A stretch of 46,776 bases of DNA from an uncultured Haemophilus sp. (GTDB lineage: Bacteria > Pseudomonadota > Gammaproteobacteria > Enterobacterales > Pasteurellaceae), in the NCBI GenBank assembly GCA_963548985.1, contig CAUUXN010000001.1, positions 1 to 46,776 on the forward strand, in the 5' to 3' direction. The notes below the pieces were generated by a model. That model had not been told where the DNA came from. It saw only the letters and a list, made by a program, of their open reading frames with translations, and did no database searches. The translations under genes and the position numbers were made by a program. Every line of letters starts with the position of its first letter. Within the stretch, counting starts at the first letter, position 1. Below, in pieces: positions 41,974 to 46,776 of the stretch.

Positions 41974-43176
41974 ATGTCTCATTATTCAGAAAATATCATT
42001 ATTGGAGCCGGTGCTGCCGGCTTATTTTGTGCCACACAGTTAGGCAAGCTGGGCAAACAAGCCACCATTTTTGATAACGGTAAAAAAATTGGTCGAAAAA
42101 TTTTAATGTCTGGTGGTGGATTCTGTAATTTCACCAATATGGAAATCACATCTGGCCGTTATATCAGCCAAAACAAACACTTCGTCAAATCCGCCTTAAA
42201 ACGTTATACACAATGGGACTTCATTGCTTTAGTCGCTGAGTACGGCATCCCTTACCACGAAAAAGAATTAGGTCAGTTATTTTGTGATAACGGTGCAGAA
42301 GACATTGTGAAGATGCTCGGAGCCGAATGTGACAAATACGGTGTCAACATTCAACTACGAAGCGAAGTGAATAATGTTGAAGCCGTTGAAAACAACCCTA
42401 GCGTACGGTTCAAATTAAAGGTAAATGCCGTTGAATGGCAATGTCAGAATTTGATTATTGCCACGGGCGGGCTCTCTATGCCGGGCTTGGGTGCTTCGCC
42501 TTTTGGTTATCAAATTGCAGAACAATTTGGGTTAAATGTGATTCCTCCGCGTGCAAGCCTTGTGCCATTCACGTGGCGAGAAAGTGAAAAATTCTACTCG
42601 GCACTCTCAGGTGTTTCATTAGATGTAGCGGCGACGAATCAGAACAAAACCTTTACTCATCAAATGCTGTTCACCCATCGTGGCTTATCTGGTCCCGCTA
42701 TTTTGCAAATTTCTAATTATTGGCAACCGGGTGAAAGCATCCATTTGGATTTATTGCCTTATAACAATATTCGTCATCATCTGGATGAAATGCGTCAATC
42801 TTCGCCAAAATTGCAGCTTAAAACCATATTAAGTCGCTTATTACCGAAGAAATTAGTCGAGCTTTGGTTAGAACAAGGCTTGATTCAAGATGAAGTGATT
42901 GCGAACTTAAATAAAGTGCGGTTAGAAAATTTAGAGAATTTAATCCACAATTGGCAATTTATGCCTAATGGCACTGAAGGCTACCGAACGGCTGAAGTCA
43001 CAATGGGTGGTGTTGATACTCATGAGATCTCATCTAAAACCATGGAGGCCACAAAGATTAAAGGTCTCTATTTTATCGGTGAAGTGCTGGATGTCGTTGG
43101 CTGGTTAGGCGGTTATAACTTCCAATGGGCATGGAGTTCGGCTGCTGTTTGTGCGATGGGAATTGCTGAAAGCTAA
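41974..43176 (+). CDS. HI0933/YhiN-family flavoprotein
   Basis: 'IIGAGAAG', 'GRKILMSGGGFCNFTN', 'LFTHRGLSGPA', 'AEVTMGGV', 'GGYNFQWAWSS'. Confidence 0.9.
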   Translation: MSHYSENIIIGAGAAGLFCATQLGKLGKQATIFDNGKKIGRKILMSGGGFCNFTNMEITSGRYISQNKHFVKSALKRYTQWDFIALVAEYGIPYHEKELGQLFCDNGAEDIVKMLGAECDKYGVNIQLRSEVNNVEAVENNPSVRFKLKVNAVEWQCQNLIIATGGLSMPGLGASPFGYQIAEQFGLNVIPPRASLVPFTWRESEKFYSALSGVSLDVAATNQNKTFTHQMLFTHRGLSGPAILQISNYWQPGESIHLDLLPYNNIRHHLDEMRQSSPKLQLKTILSRLLPKKLVELWLEQGLIQDEVIANLNKVRLENLENLIHNWQFMPNGTEGYRTAEVTMGGVDTHEISSKTMEATKIKGLYFIGEVLDVVGWLGGYNFQWAWSSAAVCAMGIAES

Positions 43177-43286
43177 ATATTTCTCTGCATTAATTATTTT
43201 CATCATGAATTAAAAAATCATTACTTTGATCGTGAAATATCCTTACGTTAAAATCACCATACGAAAATAAAAAGAAGGATACAAAC

Positions 43287-44381
43287 ATGACATCAAAAAC
43301 ACTTCCCCTCCACGCTGATACTGTGGGCTCATACTTACGTTCTCAACCTTTAAAAGAAGCCCGTGCAAAATTTGCTGCAGGCGAACTTTCTCGTGAACAA
43401 TTAACAGAAGTTGAAGATCAAGAAATTGCAAAATTAGTACAAGCACAATTAGATGCGGGTATCCAAGTCATCACAGATGGGGAATATCGCCGTGCGTTTT
43501 GGCACATCGATTTCTTAGAAAACTTAAATGGAATCGAAGGTTATCACCCTGAACACGGTTATAAATTTAATGGTGTGGAAACTAAACCTTACAATACTCG
43601 CTGCTGTGGTAAAGTCTCTTGGAATCCAAATCACCCATTTATCGAACATTTCAAAAAATTAAAAGACATTGTTGGGGATCGTGGCGTCGTAAAATATACC
43701 ATCCCAAGTCCGAATCAATTAATGTATCCAATCCAATGGGATACGGGCATTTATGCGACACGTGCAGAATTTGCCAAAGATGTTCAACAAGCTTATAAAG
43801 ATGCGATTAAAGCCTTCTATGATGCGGGTTGCCGTTATTTACAATTTGATGATGTGTATTGGGGCTCACTCTGTAACAATCACTTAAAACCAGAATTTGA
43901 AGCGGATAAAGCTCAAGCCCTTGAAAATATTCAAGTTGTATTAGCCGCTAAACCAGCAGATATGGTTATCACAACACACGTTTGCCGTGGCAACTTCCGT
44001 TCAACTTATTTACTAACCGGCGCATATGACCCAATTGCGGATGCGTTATTCGGCCAAACCCAATACGATGGCTATTTCCTGGAATATGATGATGAACGTT
44101 CTGGTGGATTTGAACCATTAAAACATTTTGCCAATAATCCACACAAAGGCCGTGTTGTATTAGGTTTAATCAGTTCAAAATTCCCTGAATTAGAAGATAA
44201 AGCGGCTATTAAAGCACGCATTAAAGAAGCGACGCAATATGTTCCACTTGAGCAGCTTTGCTTAAGCCCACAATGTGGTTTTGCGTCAACAGAAGAAGGG
44301 AACATTATGACGGAAGCACAACAATGGGCCAAAGTCCGTTACGTTGAAGAAATTGCTGAAGAAGTATGGGGTGAAGATTAA
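43287..44381 (+). CDS. Cobalamin-independent methionine synthase-like protein (catalytic barrel only, YxjH-like)
   Basis: 'VGSYLR', 'TDGEYRR', Zn ligands 'HVCRGN' and 'SPQCGFAS'; 364 aa. Confidence 0.85.
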   Translation: MTSKTLPLHADTVGSYLRSQPLKEARAKFAAGELSREQLTEVEDQEIAKLVQAQLDAGIQVITDGEYRRAFWHIDFLENLNGIEGYHPEHGYKFNGVETKPYNTRCCGKVSWNPNHPFIEHFKKLKDIVGDRGVVKYTIPSPNQLMYPIQWDTGIYATRAEFAKDVQQAYKDAIKAFYDAGCRYLQFDDVYWGSLCNNHLKPEFEADKAQALENIQVVLAAKPADMVITTHVCRGNFRSTYLLTGAYDPIADALFGQTQYDGYFLEYDDERSGGFEPLKHFANNPHKGRVVLGLISSKFPELEDKAAIKARIKEATQYVPLEQLCLSPQCGFASTEEGNIMTEAQQWAKVRYVEEIAEEVWGED

Positions 44382-44429
44382 TTCTTTTCATAAAAACACG
44401 CTGTTTTTTAACCGCACTTTTATCGACTT

Positions 44430-44454
44430 AGAGCGTAGCGATACGCTCTTTTTT
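44430..44454 (+). terminator. Terminator after the MetE-like gene
   Basis: AGAGCGTA-gcga-TACGCTCT plus T-run. Confidence 0.75.
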
Positions 44455-44474
44455 ATTGCTTCCTTTCAATAAAT

Positions 44475-44504
44475 AAAAAAGCTGATGTTATCCACATCAG
44501 CTTT
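44475..44504 (-). terminator. Terminator after the MFS gene
   Basis: AAAAAAGCTGATGT-tatcc-ACATCAGCTTT. Confidence 0.75.
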
Positions 44505-44522
44505 ATCATCATCGATTTGTCA

Positions 44523-45839
44523 CTAGATTTGCGTTAAATCGACGTTTTTCGTTTCTTTTGAGGCTAATAATGCTAACAAGGTTAAGAATGCATTAATTGC
44601 TAAATAAATCCCCACGCCCATTAAGCCATAAAGCGCATTGATTTTTAATGAAATCATTGCTGCAATGGTTGCCCCGATAATCGATGCAATGTTGTAAGCT
44701 AAAGAAGCACCAGAATAACGCACTTCTGTTGGGAATAATTCAGGCAATAACGCTGCCATTGGGCCAAATGTCATTCCCATTAATGTCATACCAATTACCA
44801 AGAAAGCAAATACGGAGGTTGGTGTGCCATTTCCAAGGAATAATGGCATACATAACGCAAAAATTAAAATACTGACTGTTGTCCAAATCAACCATTTACG
44901 GCGACCAATTTTATCTGCATAAAGACCTGAAATACTGATAAAAATCGCAAAAACAATCGCACTCATTAAAAGTAATCCCGTGAAGGTATTAGCAGGAATG
45001 CCTAATCCCATCGGATAACCCGCTTCTGAAAGGGTTGCCGGTGTACGAGAATACGCTTGTGCAAAGGCGGTCATAATATAGAACAAGGAATAAGTCGCCA
45101 CCATAATAAAGGTACCAATCACCATCGGTTTAAAGTGTTTAGTGAATACCACACTCACCGGTGCTTTTAATTTTTTCCCTTTTTCTTCCGCCTCAATGAA
45201 TACATGGCTTTCATGTAAGGTTAAACGAACATATAACCCAACTAAAACTAAGGCTAAAGAAGAGATAAATGGAATACGCCATGCCCACTCAACAAGGGCT
45301 TGCTGACCCCAGAAATAGCTCACTAAGAAGAAGGTCGCATTAGCCACAAATAAACCAATTGGCGCACCTAATTGAGGGAATGTACCATACCAAGCACGTT
45401 TTCCTTCTGGCGCATTTTCTGTTGCCACTAAAGCAGCACCACCCCATTCACCTCCAAGGCCAATTCCTTGACCAACACGGCAGATACATAACAAAATCGG
45501 TGCCCAAATACCAATTTGAGAATAAGTCGGCAACAAGCCGATAACAACCGTAGAACCACCCATTAAAACCAAAGAGGCAACTAAGGTTTTCTTACGACCA
45601 ATCTTGTCACCAAAGTGGCCAAATAAAGCGGAGCCAATTGGACGAGCAAAGAACGCTAAGGCTAATGTGGAAAGAGAAAGCAAATCATCTGAAAGCGGAT
45701 CGCCACTATGGAAGAATTGCGTGTTAAAAACTAATACTGCCGCAGCGGCATAGATATAATAATCGAAGAATTCAATTGCGGTACCCACCATAGATGCTAA
45801 AGCAACCTTAAATGGATCATTACGAAGTTGTGAGGACAT
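44523..45839 (-). CDS. MFS transporter, metabolite:H+ symporter family (YhjE/ShiA-like)
   Basis: 'GTAIEFFDY', 'RPIG..LFGHFGDKIGRK', 'GGEWGGA', 'ELFPTEVRYSG'. Confidence 0.88.
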   Translation of the reverse strand: MSSQLRNDPFKVALASMVGTAIEFFDYYIYAAAAVLVFNTQFFHSGDPLSDDLLSLSTLALAFFARPIGSALFGHFGDKIGRKKTLVASLVLMGGSTVVIGLLPTYSQIGIWAPILLCICRVGQGIGLGGEWGGAALVATENAPEGKRAWYGTFPQLGAPIGLFVANATFFLVSYFWGQQALVEWAWRIPFISSLALVLVGLYVRLTLHESHVFIEAEEKGKKLKAPVSVVFTKHFKPMVIGTFIMVATYSLFYIMTAFAQAYSRTPATLSEAGYPMGLGIPANTFTGLLLMSAIVFAIFISISGLYADKIGRRKWLIWTTVSILIFALCMPLFLGNGTPTSVFAFLVIGMTLMGMTFGPMAALLPELFPTEVRYSGASLAYNIASIIGATIAAMISLKINALYGLMGVGIYLAINAFLTLLALLASKETKNVDLTQI

Positions 45840-45892
45840 TTTGCTTCCTTAAGAGTTAAATAAAATGAAAGGGCTAAATCCTAGCATTTCCC

Positions 45893-46636
45893 TTAAGATT
45901 GAGCAATTTTTAATACAATATTTTCGATTTTTTCAGCAAAATATGTCGGATTTTCTAAATGGGCATTATGACCTGCATCAGGAATAATCGTTAAATCAAG
46001 TTGATTATCCTCTGCCATTTGACAAAACTTTTGATCTCGCTCACCGCAAAAATAGAAAAATGGCAGCAAACTTGACCGCACTTTCTCTCGAAAATCAGGC
46101 TGTTTGGCAAGACTAGTGGCTAATAACATATTGCCTATATTTGCCCCACAATTGGCTTTTCGCTTTTCAATTAATACTTTTCGTTGTTGTTCATTCAGAT
46201 GAGAAAAGACAGGTTGTTGATACCAATCTTCGAGTACGGCTTCAGGGTTTTCATGGAAAAACCGCTCCGCCCACATTTTGTCATTAACTAAACGGCTTTG
46301 TTTTTCTTGCTCAGACTGTAAACCTAAATTCGCCCCTTCTAAAATGACTGCCTTTAAATGCCCTATTTTTACTCTAGCTTGCAGTGCATAATATTGTGCG
46401 ATTCGTCCACCCAGTGAATAACCGATCAGGATATAAGGTTCATCTTTTATGAGACTTTGTATTTGGCTTTCAAGAAATTGAGCGGTTTGCTCAAAATCTT
46501 CAACGGCTATAACTTTATTCTCGCCATGAAATGGTAAATCGAGAGAGAGACAACGAAAGTGCGGTAGATTTTCGATGACTTTTTGCCAATCTGATTTCGT
46601 GCCTAATAGGCCATGGAGAAAAACAAGATTCATCAT
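45893..46636 (-). CDS. menH: SHCHC synthase
   Basis: 'VFLHGLLG', 'GYSLGGR', 'GERD.KF', 'AGHNAH.ENP'; downstream of menD. Confidence 0.92.
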   Translation of the reverse strand: MMNLVFLHGLLGTKSDWQKVIENLPHFRCLSLDLPFHGENKVIAVEDFEQTAQFLESQIQSLIKDEPYILIGYSLGGRIAQYYALQARVKIGHLKAVILEGANLGLQSEQEKQSRLVNDKMWAERFFHENPEAVLEDWYQQPVFSHLNEQQRKVLIEKRKANCGANIGNMLLATSLAKQPDFREKVRSSLLPFFYFCGERDQKFCQMAEDNQLDLTIIPDAGHNAHLENPTYFAEKIENIVLKIAQS

Positions 46637-46683
46637 AATAATGCCATATAAAGAAATCCCCTCTATATAAGAGGGGAAAGAAA

Positions 46684-46776
46684 TTATTCACCAATAACCG
46701 CATGGCTGATTTGTTCAATCAAGCGCTTATAGGTTGCGCTGCCATCACTTGGGTTTGTTTTGATTTCAATTAATGT
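46684..46776 (-). CDS. menD: SEPHCHC synthase, 3' end only (truncated by window edge)
   Basis: Hand translation TLIEIKTNPSDGSATYKRLIEQISHAVIGE* resembles the MenD C-terminus; lies immediately before menH. Confidence 0.7.
   Translation of the reverse strand, partial: TLIEIKTNPSDGSATYKRLIEQISHAVIGE

Larger units (their letters stand above)
1869..46565. repeat. Dispersed Haemophilus-type DNA uptake signal sequences (AAGTGCGGT/ACCGCACTT)
   Basis: About 35 perfect cores by hand count, e.g. 1869, 2070, 4860/4877, 7861, 11917, 22467, 29408, 34188, 35970/35995, 41361, 46557. Confidence 0.95.

Noticed and set aside
43186..43225. Possible MetR/LysR box upstream of the MetE-like gene
   Set aside because: Only imperfect TGAA-N5-TTCA matches in very AT-rich DNA; not distinguishable from chance
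44488..44496. Perfect DnaA box TTATCCACA
   Set aside because: Single copy forming the loop and arm of a terminator; probably coincidental

Overview
This is a core-chromosome segment of a Pasteurellaceae bacterium. About 35 AAGTGCGGT uptake signals (hand count) and the gene content suggest Haemophilus, most likely H. parainfluenzae-like (inference). Gene order: yfeB(3' end)-yfeC-yfeD; then on the minus strand rlmC, nagZ, ycfL, hinT, ppiD, mntP, mnmE, yidC, yidD, rnpA, rpmH; dnaA-dnaN-recF; the nanE-nanK-siaR-nanA-nagB-nagA operon, divergent from a nagE-type PTS EIICB; crp, yheU, slmA, dut, coaBC; radC, rpmB, rpmG, mutM; a DUF554 gene; a 1486-aa trimeric autotransporter adhesin; nrfABCD-nrfE-dsbE-nrfFG; an HI0933/YhiN flavoprotein; a single-barrel MetE-like protein; an MHS-family MFS transporter; menH and the 3' end of menD. 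The main unexplained signal lies in the ORF-free ~500-bp gap between nagE and crp. A near-consensus sigma70 promoter (TTGACA-17-TATCAT, minus strand) points into an ~81-nt three-way-junction RNA ending in CCACCA. Its two exposed segments are complementary to two sites in its own leader, the architecture of phage P1 C4 / P4 CI immunity RNAs, yet no phage genes are nearby.
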